DNA of 64,000 nt from Bacteroidales bacterium (GTDB lineage: Bacteria; Bacteroidota; Bacteroidia; Bacteroidales; GCA-2748055), in the NCBI GenBank assembly GCA_018400695.1, contig JAGYMF010000001.1, forward strand, positions 3,269 through 67,268, written 5' to 3'. This document shows positions 1-9,771 of this stretch, piece after piece. Under the pieces are notes generated by a model. The model searched no databases. It saw nothing but the letters and a program-made list of their open reading frames with translations, and was not told where the DNA came from. Made by a program: the position numbers and the translations under genes. The first letter of the stretch is position 1; every line of letters begins with the position of its first letter.

Positions 1-36
1 TACATTTGCCTTTTCAACCATTTAACCTATCCACCT

Positions 37-1116
37 ATGTACACACCGGAATATTTAGAAGATTTTACCATCAGGGTATTTGAAAAGATGGGATGCAGTA
101 CTGAAGATGCGAAAGCTGCTACCAAAGTTTTTATTGCCGCTGAACTGAACGGTCTTCCCTCCCATGGCATGCTGCGCCTCAAAGATTATTTCGAGCTTTG
201 GAAAGCCGGCCGGATCAATGTCCGTCCCGATGTAAAGATCGTTCATGAATCTCCAAGCACCGCTGTGGTGGATGGTGATGGCGCCATTGGAATGATTGCT
301 GCCACGAAATCGATGGAAATTGCCATTGAAAAAGCCAAAATTGCCGGTACAGGATGGGTCTCCACCCGTGGATCCAACCACTACGGCATTGCTGGCTACT
401 ATTCTATGATGGCGCTGGAACACGATATGATAGGGATCTGCATGACCATCGCCAATCCGGTGGTAGCACCCACCTGGTCAGTATCCAAAATGCTGGGCAC
501 CAATCCGATAGCAGTAGCCGTGCCCGCAAAATCCTACCCGCCCGTTGTGGCAGATTTTGCAACCACGCCCATTGCCCGTGGTAAACTTGCAGTTGCAGGG
601 AAGAAAGGGGAGAAAGTTCCTTTCGGCTATGTACAGGACAAAGACGGTGTTCCTTCAGAAAACCCCGACATCCTCAAAGAGGGCGGTTCTATGGTGACCC
701 TCGGCGGTAGCTATGAACACGGCAGTCATAAAGGGTATTGCATGAGTGCAATCGTAGACATATTCTCCTGTGTGCTTTCGGGAGCGAACTTCGGCCCCTT
801 CTGTCCGCCGTCCGTCGCCTACCTCCCTGTACTCGATGAAAAAGTTGGTGAAGGAACAGGACATTTTTTCGGTGCCATGCGGATTGATGCTTTTCAGGAG
901 AAAGGTGTCTTTCTTTCACAGATGGACAAGTGGATTGAGACCTTCAGAAGTGCAAAGCCCGCAAAGGGTTACGACCGTGTGCTAATCCCCGGAGATCCCG
1001 AAAGAGAGAACCGGGAGCGCATTCTGAAAGAGGGTATCCGAATCATTGAACCCATTCAGAAAGAGATGAAAGAGATCGCCGATCACCTGGGCATCTCCTT
1101 TGAAACAGGCATGTAA
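37..1116 (+). CDS. Ldh_2-family oxidoreductase (type-2 malate/L-lactate/ureidoglycolate dehydrogenase family)
   Basis: 359-aa ORF with ATG at 37. LPSHGMLRL and NHYGIAGYY motifs are typical of the Ldh_2 family. A strong hairpin terminator follows. Confidence 0.75.
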   Translation: MYTPEYLEDFTIRVFEKMGCSTEDAKAATKVFIAAELNGLPSHGMLRLKDYFELWKAGRINVRPDVKIVHESPSTAVVDGDGAIGMIAATKSMEIAIEKAKIAGTGWVSTRGSNHYGIAGYYSMMALEHDMIGICMTIANPVVAPTWSVSKMLGTNPIAVAVPAKSYPPVVADFATTPIARGKLAVAGKKGEKVPFGYVQDKDGVPSENPDILKEGGSMVTLGGSYEHGSHKGYCMSAIVDIFSCVLSGANFGPFCPPSVAYLPVLDEKVGEGTGHFFGAMRIDAFQEKGVFLSQMDKWIETFRSAKPAKGYDRVLIPGDPERENRERILKEGIRIIEPIQKEMKEIADHLGISFETGM

Positions 1117-1128
1117 AAACTTATCTGA

Positions 1129-1176
1129 ATCATAAAAAAAGGAGCCTCCACATGGCAGGCTCCTTTTTTTTATGAT
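1129..1176. terminator. Bidirectional intrinsic terminator between convergent genes
   Basis: Near-perfect ~19-bp inverted repeat atcataaaaaaaggagcct / aggctccttttttttatgat with a 9-nt loop. The A-run and T-run flanks give a U-tract on both strands. Confidence 0.75.
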
Positions 1177-1188
1177 TACATGTACCGG

Positions 1189-4100
1189 TTACAGCTCGAG
1201 TTTCCTCCCTGGGGTCCATCCCGCACCGGCCACTTCCAGCTCAGCATCGATGGTGATGATCTCATCCTGTAGTGCGTTGATCTTCTCCACGAGCGGTGGA
1301 AACTGCGCTTTAAGGATCTCATACTGATCGGTCACCGTCTTGTTCAATCCTGCTGTGTTGCTCCAGTGTGTTCTGACAGCCACATTAATTCTCCGGCTCA
1401 GTGGCATCTCCATGGGAGGCAGTTCTTCCCAGCTTGCTTTTGCAGGAGGGCCATGCATAGTGAACTGAATATCTTTAAGCTCCTGTTCTACACGGGTAAT
1501 CCTGTTTTGCAGGGAGAGATCAGCTCCCGGTGTTCTCAGCGCCGCCTGTTTCAGGCTCATCACCCTTGACAGGTCTTCTCTGACCTTTTGGTCCATCCCC
1601 ATAAACATCCTCGACAATTCCGTGATCTTCTCCTGGAAAGCATGCAGCGCCTGCCTGTCGTAAGCGGGCCAGGAGGCCAGTTCCAGCGGCACAGTCTCAA
1701 ACGCTACCGGGTCCACCAACCTGGTAACCTCACCAGCAGCCACCAGGTCCATCGAAACCGTATACGTTCCCGGCATAGCCAGTGTTCCCGATCTTCCCAT
1801 AGAAGAAGAACTGAATTCATCGCTTCTGTTAATGACAGGAGCCGGGTAATGGTACCTCAGGTCCCACGTTATTCTGCTGATCCCCTTCTTCGCCCCGGCC
1901 GTTAATCTTCTTACAGCCATCCCGGAGGCATCATAGATATTAAAAACAAGATAGGGCGCCAGTTCATTCTCTTCAGCACGCAACTGTTCATGTGTAGGCT
2001 GTGGAATGGGTTTTTTATCTTCAAAAAGCGCTTTCTCTTTCTTTCGCCTGGTGTCCCTCAATGTTTTCGGCACCTCCTTAATATAGTATGTAAAAACAGC
2101 GCCCGGTTCGGGATTATCAGCCGTGTAGTACATAGACCCCTGTCCGTATTTCCCCCCTGTTGTGCTGAACATTTTTCCAACGGGAATAGCAAAGATATGG
2201 GCCTGCGCCTCTTTGATCGCAGGTTTTTCAGCGAGCTCCCTCAGCGGACTGTAATCATCCAGGATATAAAAACCCCTGCCGAAAGTGGCCAGTACCAGAT
2301 CATTTTCACGCTCCTGGATCACCATATCCCTCACTGCAATTGCAGGCATACCAGATTTCAGCTGTAGCCATTTGCCACCCCCGTCAGGTGAGAAGTAACA
2401 TCCGAATTCCGTCCCGGAAAAAAGCAGTGACTGCACCTTTGTATCCTGCTCCAGGGTATGTACTGTCTGATTGTCCGGAAGATCGGAAACCACGGAGATC
2501 CAGGTTCGACCCATGTCCGTACTCTTCAGGATATAGGGTTTAAAATCGTCACGCTTCCTGTTATCAAAAGAGACATAGACCGTCTGCTCATCAAACCTGT
2601 CAGCCATGATATCACTGATATAGGTGTATTCCGGGATTCCTTCGAAATGTTGAATTTTCCGCCAGTTTTTTCCTCCATCTTCAGTAACTGAAAGCACACC
2701 ATCATCGGTACCGGCATAGAGCAGGTCACTATTTATTGGCGATTCGCAGAACGACACCCCGGTACCAAACAAACTGGTAGAAACATCCTTTACCACAGCA
2801 TCATAGCTCCAGTAATGCCCCATTGCCGGCCAGCTGTTGCGATCCATTCCGGAGGTCAGGTCATCACTGATCACCTCCCAGCTATCGCCCCTGTCGTCAG
2901 ACCTGAACACCTTATTCGCCATAGCGTAAATTCGCCCCGGCAGGTGCTTGCTCACCACCAGTGGCGCGTTCCAGTTCCATTTATAGGTATCCTCTCCATC
3001 ACGCGGGCGTGGTTTGATATTCACACTCTCTCCACTAACCTTATCGTACCTGTATGAATTTCCGTACTGGTATTCACAGTATACGATATTGGGATCCTCA
3101 TTATCGATGCCAACCCAAAAGCCATCACCACCCAGGATCGCCTTCCACTCTTCACTGGAGACTCCAGCGCTGCTGGTATTGCGCGAAGGTCCCATGAGGG
3201 TATTGTTATCCTGCGTACCACCATACACATTATAAAAAGGAAAATCATTGTCAACATTCACCCTGTAAAACTGGGTTACCGGCAGATTTGTTTTAAACTG
3301 CCATGAGTCCGAATCATCAAAAGTTTCATACACCCCTCCGTCACCACCGATAAGGTAGTGTGCTGTATTATCCGGATCGATCCACAGTGCATGGTCATCC
3401 ACGTGTCTGCTATCCCTGCCAATAGGCTTCCACGTCTTTCCTCCGTCGGTCGTCATATAGGTATAAGTCTCCAGTGAAAAGACACGGTCAACATCCTGGG
3501 GATCGCAGACAATTTCATTGTAATATTGTCCGGAAGCATGGTGATCGCTCATCTTGTTCCATGAAGCTCCCCTGTCGGTCGATCTGAAGAATCCCCCCTT
3601 ATCTTCGGCCGCCTCCATGATCAGGTAGACCACGTTATGGTCGGCCGGGGAGACAGCAATGCCCATTCCGCCAATATCCACTGAGGGAAGACCTTTCATC
3701 GCTTTATTCCAAGTTTTTCCACCATCAAGTGACCGGTATACTGCAGATTCAGGTCCACCACCGATCTTGGTATGGACATGTCTCCTGCGCTGTTCACTTG
3801 TCGCATACATAATATCCGGGTCAACCGGATCCATGACCACATTGTTAACCCCGGTCTCTTCACTGATATCCAGTACTTTTTCCCAGTTTTCACCCCCGTC
3901 TTCCGACCTATATAGTCCGCGCTCACCTCCCGAACCCCACGCCGAGCCTTCAGCAGCTACAAAAACGATATCTGAATTGCGTGGATCAACGACAATGCCA
4001 CCGATCTGCCGGGACGCTTCCAGTCCCATATTCTCCCAGCTCTTACCGCCATCCATTGATCTGTAGACCCCATCGCCGTATCCCAACGCACGCTGGTGAT

Positions 4101-4497
4101 TATTCTCCCCTGTTCCAACCCAGATCACATTATGGTTGTTGGGGTCCATGGTTACCACCCCGATGGAATAGACACCCTGACTGTCGAATACAGGTTTAAA
4201 GGTGGTACCGTTATTTATGGTTTTCCAGACGTGTCCGGAAGCAACTCCCACAAACCATTCGCTGTGATCATCGGGGTTAACGGCAAAATCAGCAATCCGG
4301 CCGGATGTCATGGCCGGCCCAATACTGCGCCATTGAAGTCCACTGTATATGGCGGCATCACCTTTTTCCTCTTTTTCATCATTGTCCTTCGAACGTTTAT
4401 CGCCTTTTGGAGCTGCCTCTGTCGGGCAGAATACAAAAGAGAGGAGCATCATCCCGGCAAAAAGTGTGCGGGGAAAATTGATTTTTGTTAATCTCAT
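1189..4497 (-). CDS. Secreted BNR/Asp-box repeat protein (sortilin/VPS10-like beta-propeller, glycosyl-hydrolase-like)
   Basis: At least 9 SxDxGxxW Asp-box motifs (SMDGGKSWE, SEDGGENWE, SLDGGKTWN, STDRGASWN, TTDGGKTWK, SDDRGDSWE, TEDGGKNWR, STDMGRTWI, SPDGGGKWL). I place the start at the internal ATG at 4497 (MRLTKINFPRTLFAGMMLLSFVF), which gives a signal peptide. The ORF-track start at 4590 adds 31 unlikely residues. Confidence 0.75.
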   Translation of the reverse strand: MRLTKINFPRTLFAGMMLLSFVFCPTEAAPKGDKRSKDNDEKEEKGDAAIYSGLQWRSIGPAMTSGRIADFAVNPDDHSEWFVGVASGHVWKTINNGTTFKPVFDSQGVYSIGVVTMDPNNHNVIWVGTGENNHQRALGYGDGVYRSMDGGKSWENMGLEASRQIGGIVVDPRNSDIVFVAAEGSAWGSGGERGLYRSEDGGENWEKVLDISEETGVNNVVMDPVDPDIMYATSEQRRRHVHTKIGGGPESAVYRSLDGGKTWNKAMKGLPSVDIGGMGIAVSPADHNVVYLIMEAAEDKGGFFRSTDRGASWNKMSDHHASGQYYNEIVCDPQDVDRVFSLETYTYMTTDGGKTWKPIGRDSRHVDDHALWIDPDNTAHYLIGGDGGVYETFDDSDSWQFKTNLPVTQFYRVNVDNDFPFYNVYGGTQDNNTLMGPSRNTSSAGVSSEEWKAILGGDGFWVGIDNEDPNIVYCEYQYGNSYRYDKVSGESVNIKPRPRDGEDTYKWNWNAPLVVSKHLPGRIYAMANKVFRSDDRGDSWEVISDDLTSGMDRNSWPAMGHYWSYDAVVKDVSTSLFGTGVSFCESPINSDLLYAGTDDGVLSVTEDGGKNWRKIQHFEGIPEYTYISDIMADRFDEQTVYVSFDNRKRDDFKPYILKSTDMGRTWISVVSDLPDNQTVHTLEQDTKVQSLLFSGTEFGCYFSPDGGGKWLQLKSGMPAIAVRDMVIQERENDLVLATFGRGFYILDDYSPLRELAEKPAIKEAQAHIFAIPVGKMFSTTGGKYGQGSMYYTADNPEPGAVFTYYIKEVPKTLRDTRRKKEKALFEDKKPIPQPTHEQLRAEENELAPYLVFNIYDASGMAVRRLTAGAKKGISRITWDLRYHYPAPVINRSDEFSSSSMGRSGTLAMPGTYTVSMDLVAAGEVTRLVDPVAFETVPLELASWPAYDRQALHAFQEKITELSRMFMGMDQKVREDLSRVMSLKQAALRTPGADLSLQNRITRVEQELKDIQFTMHGPPAKASWEELPPMEMPLSRRINVAVRTHWSNTAGLNKTVTDQYEILKAQFPPLVEKINALQDEIITIDAELEVAGAGWTPGRKLEL

Positions 4498-4662
4498 TCC
4501 AGTAATTTTGGTTTTACATTGGTTTATCAACTCATCGCTAAAAGAGCATAAAATTATCATATTTACAGTAGGGTGCAATATGCTATTCAATACATTGGAA
4601 AAAACAGGGATGGTATCTTTTTGATATTAGGAAAATAACCGGTCCATTGTAACGTAAATAAC

Positions 4663-4670
4663 TATTTTTG
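4663..4670 (+). promoter_or_regulatory. Candidate Bacteroidota -7 promoter box (TATTTTTG)
   Basis: Matches TAnnTTTG and lies 16 nt upstream of the nitroreductase ATG. Confidence 0.4.
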
Positions 4671-4685
4671 TAAAAAAAAAAGACT

Positions 4686-5435
4686 ATGCAAGTATTGAAC
4701 GGACACAGAACGATCAGGAAATACACCGGAGAAAACATCTCAGAAGCACTGCTCAGGAAGATCCTCTACTCCGGTACACGTGCATCCACAACAGGTAACA
4801 TGCAGGTTTACAGTATTATAGTTACACGTGACGAATCGATGAAAAATCAACTTTCCCCCTGTCACTTCAATCAGCCTATGATAAAAGAAGCACCGGTGGT
4901 TCTGACCTTCTGTGCAGATTTCAACAGGTTTAACAAGTGGTGCAGGATGCGGGATGCTTCCCCGGGTTACGACAATTTTCTCTCTTTCGTTACCGCTGCC
5001 ATTGACGCGCTTCTTGTAGCTCAAAATGTTTGTGTAGCCGCTGAAGATGAAGGGCTGGGAATCTGTTACCTTGGAACAACCACTTACATGGCGGAGCAAA
5101 TTATCAATATCCTGGAGCTACCGCAAGGTGTGGTGCCAATAACTACGGTGACCCTGGGATATCCTGCTGAGGATCCGCCGCTGACCGACCGTCTGCCGCT
5201 TGACGCCATTGTTCATCATGAAAAATACAGTGACTATTCTGCTGACGACATCGACCGGTTATATGGAGAGAAAGAGGCACTTCCTGAGAACATTGCTTTT
5301 GTAAAGGAGAACAATTTGCAGACGCTGGCACAAGTATTTACAGAGGTGAGATATAAAAAATCAGACAACGAAGCTTTTTCAAAAGCGCTGCTTTCAGTAC
5401 TTGAAGGACAGGGATTCATGAATCACCAACGATAG
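4686..5435 (+). CDS. Nitroreductase-family NAD(P)H-dependent oxidoreductase
   Basis: 249-aa ORF. The N-terminal RTIRKYTGE...SGTRASTTGNMQ motif is typical of the NfsA/nitroreductase fold. Confidence 0.8.
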   Translation: MQVLNGHRTIRKYTGENISEALLRKILYSGTRASTTGNMQVYSIIVTRDESMKNQLSPCHFNQPMIKEAPVVLTFCADFNRFNKWCRMRDASPGYDNFLSFVTAAIDALLVAQNVCVAAEDEGLGICYLGTTTYMAEQIINILELPQGVVPITTVTLGYPAEDPPLTDRLPLDAIVHHEKYSDYSADDIDRLYGEKEALPENIAFVKENNLQTLAQVFTEVRYKKSDNEAFSKALLSVLEGQGFMNHQR

Positions 5436-5538
5436 TTATAAAAGAAGAAATCCGTACACATTATGCTAAAATCCCATGAACCAGAAGAACAATTTATTAC
5501 ATACTGATGTCAATATTTTTTTATAACCAATTATATTT

Positions 5539-5546
5539 TATATTTG
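5539..5546 (+). promoter_or_regulatory. Candidate -7 promoter box (TATATTTG) for the mini lipoprotein gene
   Basis: Matches TAnnTTTG and lies 22 nt upstream of the ATG at 5568. Confidence 0.35.
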
Positions 5547-5567
5547 TGGGGAATACCTTTTTGAAAA

Positions 5568-5705
5568 ATGATCATTATGAAAAGAGCAGCAGTTATCATC
5601 CTATTTGCATTTACAATCGGGCTCATTATGAGTTCATGCAGCAGGGAAGTTTGTCCGGCCATGTCTGAAGTGCCGGAGGACAGCAGCGTAGTCTTGCAGG
5701 CATAA
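5568..5705 (+). CDS. Small putative lipoprotein (45 aa), not in the ORF track
   Basis: MIIMKRAAVIILFAFTIGLIMSSCSREVCPAMSEVPEDSSVVLQA has a basic N-terminus, a hydrophobic core and a Cys after ...IMSS (lipobox-like). It is framed by a TAnnTTTG box upstream and a hairpin plus T-run downstream. Confidence 0.45.
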   Translation: MIIMKRAAVIILFAFTIGLIMSSCSREVCPAMSEVPEDSSVVLQA

Positions 5706-5746
5706 CCATTTGGGAATCCTTCCCGGAAGGTATCATGTATTGCTTA

Positions 5747-5776
5747 GATTTACCTAAAGCAGGTAGATCTTTTTTT
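5747..5776 (+). terminator. Intrinsic terminator
   Basis: gatttacct-aaagc-aggtagatc forms a 9-bp stem with one G-U pair, followed by ttttttt. Confidence 0.6.
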
Positions 5777-5836
5777 ATTGAATAGACTTCTCCCGTAAAA
5801 TTTCGTTATACCTTTATAGCGTGATAACGGTTTTAC

Positions 5837-6679
5837 ATGAAATCACTTTTTCATCATATTTTGCTCCTCATGTTTCCGTTCGCGATTGCAAACGGACAAG
5901 GCGTCATGATTGACCAACCAAAGATGTTGTTCAACGATGACCAGACCATTGGTGTTTTTCTGAACAGTAATGGAATAGGGGCCGATTTCAGGTATGCAAG
6001 GTATGTTGATTACCGGAACGACAGGATTTTTGAGTTTTCGTTTGATTATGTCAAGCATCCTAAAGAATACCGTTCCGCAGTTGCCTATGAAATCTATACC
6101 CGCAGGTTTGTCTATGGAAAGGAGAACCTTTTCTGGGAATTCCGTGGCCAGGTTGGAAATCAGCATGAGATCTACCAGAAATATGATTTTTCCTCCATCT
6201 CCATACGTTTATTTTACAGTGGTGGGATCTCACTAGGATTCCAGAAACCAGTTTACTATGAAGTGGTGACTTTTGGTCCGACCGGCCAGATCATCGCCAG
6301 GGATGAAAAAAAATTCGATCCCGCCATACACCTCTATAATTATGGTGGAAACGCCTCCTTTACCATGGGACTGGATGAGCTAAAAGTTATTCCGGGCATT
6401 ACGGTTAATACAGGAGTTAGTTTTGAGTACAGTGAACGCGAACCAATGATCCATGCCCTGGAGGCTGGTATAGGAGCAACACTCTATCCGAAAGATGTCA
6501 GGATCATGGCCATAGAAGAGAATAATTTTTTCTTTTTCAACCTTTATGTTGGTTATCGTTTCGGTTCAATGATAGATATCAGTGAATCAGCCAGGGCAAA
6601 ATCGAGGAAAGAGCGCCGCCAGGAGCGGAAAGATGCGACAGAAGGAGTTCCCATGGTACCCTTTCTTCAGGGACTGTAA
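5837..6679 (+). CDS. Hypothetical secreted protein, outer-membrane beta-barrel-like, with a basic C-terminal tail
   Basis: 280-aa ORF with a signal peptide (MKSLFHHILLLMFPFAIANGQ), alternating hydrophobic beta-strand patterns and an OMP-like terminal strand NLYVGYRFG. About 40 residues rich in K/R/E follow. I recognise no family. Confidence 0.5.
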   Translation: MKSLFHHILLLMFPFAIANGQGVMIDQPKMLFNDDQTIGVFLNSNGIGADFRYARYVDYRNDRIFEFSFDYVKHPKEYRSAVAYEIYTRRFVYGKENLFWEFRGQVGNQHEIYQKYDFSSISIRLFYSGGISLGFQKPVYYEVVTFGPTGQIIARDEKKFDPAIHLYNYGGNASFTMGLDELKVIPGITVNTGVSFEYSEREPMIHALEAGIGATLYPKDVRIMAIEENNFFFFNLYVGYRFGSMIDISESARAKSRKERRQERKDATEGVPMVPFLQGL

Positions 6680-6706
6680 ACATTATATCAAAATCATCTT
6701 TTTTTC

Positions 6707-6738
6707 TTTGCCTCCTTCGTATGGATTGCTTACATTTG
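6707..6738 (+). promoter_or_regulatory. Candidate sigma-A promoter for gap (-33 TTTG and -7 TACATTTG)
   Basis: TTTG at 6707-6710 and TACATTTG at 6731-6738 have a 20-nt spacing that fits the Bacteroidota consensus. ATG is at 6795. Confidence 0.45.
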
Positions 6739-6791
6739 CACTCTTCAAAATCTAAAGACAATCAATTGTTGTTCAACTAATAGTTTATTAA

Positions 6792-7799
<1,008 letters not shown>

Positions 7800-7813
7800 C
7801 CTTTTCTAAAAGT

Positions 7814-7851
7814 AAAAAAAAGCCACTTCTCACTGAAGTGGCTTTTTTTTT
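7814..7851. terminator. Bidirectional intrinsic terminator between gap and the DUF1987 gene
   Basis: agccactt / aagtggct forms an 8-bp stem with a 7-nt loop, flanked by an A8 run upstream and a T9 run downstream. Confidence 0.75.
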
Positions 7852-7889
7852 GGATAGCAACACCGCAGGCTTTCCACGGTATTTCTCAG

Positions 7890-8267
7890 CTAATAAAACT
7901 CGATAATCTCAAAGGGAATTTGCATGGTTTGCTCATAATGCTGTCCCAGCTCCTCGATAGACTCATCGCCCTCTTCGTAATACCACTTCACCAGAATCTT
8001 CCTTCCCTTTTCATGATTCACCTTCAGTATTCTCAACAACTCAAGCATATATTTGGATGAGCCGCTGTTAATATACTCAAGTTTAATATTCATCACCGTC
8101 TCTTCCCTCGGATTCAGAAAATAATCATTCATCCAGTTGATCAGTTTATCAAAAAACTCACCTGGATCTTCAGGGATGGACCTCCCCTCGATATTGAATT
8201 CTCCTGTTGCAGCAACAAATTCCACTTCAGGCGAATTAAATGTCTTTTTCAGATATATGTCCTCCAT
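7890..8267 (-). CDS. DUF1987 / SiaC-like small regulatory protein
   Basis: 125 aa. The N-terminal FNSPEVEF...GEFNIEGRSIPEDPGEFF and LEYINSGSSKYM resemble the DUF1987 (SiaC) family as I recall it. Confidence 0.65.
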   Translation of the reverse strand: MEDIYLKKTFNSPEVEFVAATGEFNIEGRSIPEDPGEFFDKLINWMNDYFLNPREETVMNIKLEYINSGSSKYMLELLRILKVNHEKGRKILVKWYYEEGDESIEELGQHYEQTMQIPFEIIEFY

Positions 8268-8277
8268 ACCAAATCAT

Positions 8278-9525
8278 TTATTCGTATCGCAATGCTATAA
8301 TTGGATCAAGTTTTGATGCTTTTCTTGCCGGAATAAAACCAGATAAGAGTCCGACAATAAAACACAACGTAACTCCCAGGATGATCCAGCTCCAGGGAAT
8401 AATGAAACTTGAACCAATGGCCAAAGATACAGCATTTCCAATTAAAATTCCTAATAAGATTCCTACAACACCACCGATCTGACCAATCACAATGGCCTCA
8501 TAGAGAAACTGGCGGCGAATCATACCAGCTTTTGCCCCAAGCGCCTTACGTGTACCGATCTCCTTGGTCCGCTCTGTTACTGAAACCAACATTATATTCA
8601 TCAATCCGATCCCTGCTCCGAGCAGTGTAATAATCCCGATCGCGACAGCTGCGACCCTGACGAATTTCAGGTTTTCCAGCAACATCTGCGACAATTGGTC
8701 ACTGCTGGTAATATTGAAGTCGCTTTCATCCCTGGGATCCAATCCGCGAACGATCCTGAAAACCCCTTCAGCCTCAGATCTGGCCACATCCATCAGCATG
8801 GGGTCATAGGTCCTCACACTGACCTGGTAATCCATTGACGGACGCGAAAAATATTGTCTTACATTCGTGTATGGCAACAGGCACAACAGGTCCGACCCCA
8901 TCCCCATGGAGGTCCCCCGCGCCTTTAACAAACCAATTACCCTGTATCTTCCATTGCCTATCATGAGAAACTTGCCTATTGGATCCTCATTTTCAGTGAA
9001 CGCTTTTTTGGCCACATCGCTGCCAACCAGCACCACCGGCTCGCTGTTACGGATATCGGCAGAATTAAAATTCCTGCCACGTTCAATTTCATACCCGGCA
9101 GTGAAAATAAAACCATCGTCCACCCCCCGCACCGATACATTGGGATTGGATTTATAGTTCATACGTTTAATTACAGCATTTCCCGATGCCCAACACTGTA
9201 TGGAAACTTCGGCAGGAAAGTCAAAGCGCTCCTTGAATTCCCTGGCCTGTTTGTAATCGATATACGCATAATTCTTGCGCCTGTACGTCTGGTTTCCGAT
9301 CTGTACACGCATGCTTCGCGACTCAATCGTAAAAGTATTCGCTCCCATCAGGCTGAACTGATTCGTGAGGCTTTTCTGTATGGCGTCAATCGCGGTCAGA
9401 ATCCCTACCAGGGCCATAATCCCAAAAGCGATGATCGATACCGTAAGAATTGTTCTCACGAGGCTGGTTCGGATGGCCTTGAAGGCAATACGCAGGTTTT
9501 CCTGGAAATCAACTCCGGTCTTCAT
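8278..9525 (-). CDS. ABC transporter permease, MacB/FtsX type (LolC/E-like)
   Basis: 415 aa with an N-terminal TM helix, a large periplasmic domain and a C-terminal FtsX 3-TM module ([13 protein letters not shown] motif). Confidence 0.85.
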   Translation of the reverse strand: MKTGVDFQENLRIAFKAIRTSLVRTILTVSIIAFGIMALVGILTAIDAIQKSLTNQFSLMGANTFTIESRSMRVQIGNQTYRRKNYAYIDYKQAREFKERFDFPAEVSIQCWASGNAVIKRMNYKSNPNVSVRGVDDGFIFTAGYEIERGRNFNSADIRNSEPVVLVGSDVAKKAFTENEDPIGKFLMIGNGRYRVIGLLKARGTSMGMGSDLLCLLPYTNVRQYFSRPSMDYQVSVRTYDPMLMDVARSEAEGVFRIVRGLDPRDESDFNITSSDQLSQMLLENLKFVRVAAVAIGIITLLGAGIGLMNIMLVSVTERTKEIGTRKALGAKAGMIRRQFLYEAIVIGQIGGVVGILLGILIGNAVSLAIGSSFIIPWSWIILGVTLCFIVGLLSGFIPARKASKLDPIIALRYE

Positions 9526-9739
9526 CTATAGATTCAATTTTTACAAACCGATGATAAAAAAGCATTGTATACCTACTTCGTCTTTGCACCAAAAAAGTTC
9601 ATTTAATAAAGAAGTGCGGTTATACCGATAAAATTCTGCTTAAATGTAAGAAAAACTGAACAATATGTTTTTCCCGAATGTCAAAGTATTGAAGGTTTTT
9701 TTTATTCTGCCAAGGATGATTATATTCATCTCAAATGGT

Positions 9740-9747
9740 TAATTTTG
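9740..9747 (+). promoter_or_regulatory. Candidate -7 promoter box (TAATTTTG) for aconitase
   Basis: Matches TAnnTTTG and lies 25 nt upstream of the ATG at 9772. Confidence 0.4.
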
Positions 9748-9771
9748 TTATTTCACTAAAAAATATCAGCA

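Noticed and set aside
4498-4590. 31-residue N-terminal extension of the BNR-repeat ORF
   Set aside because: The extension lacks signal-peptide character, whereas the internal ATG at 4497 gives a canonical signal peptide.
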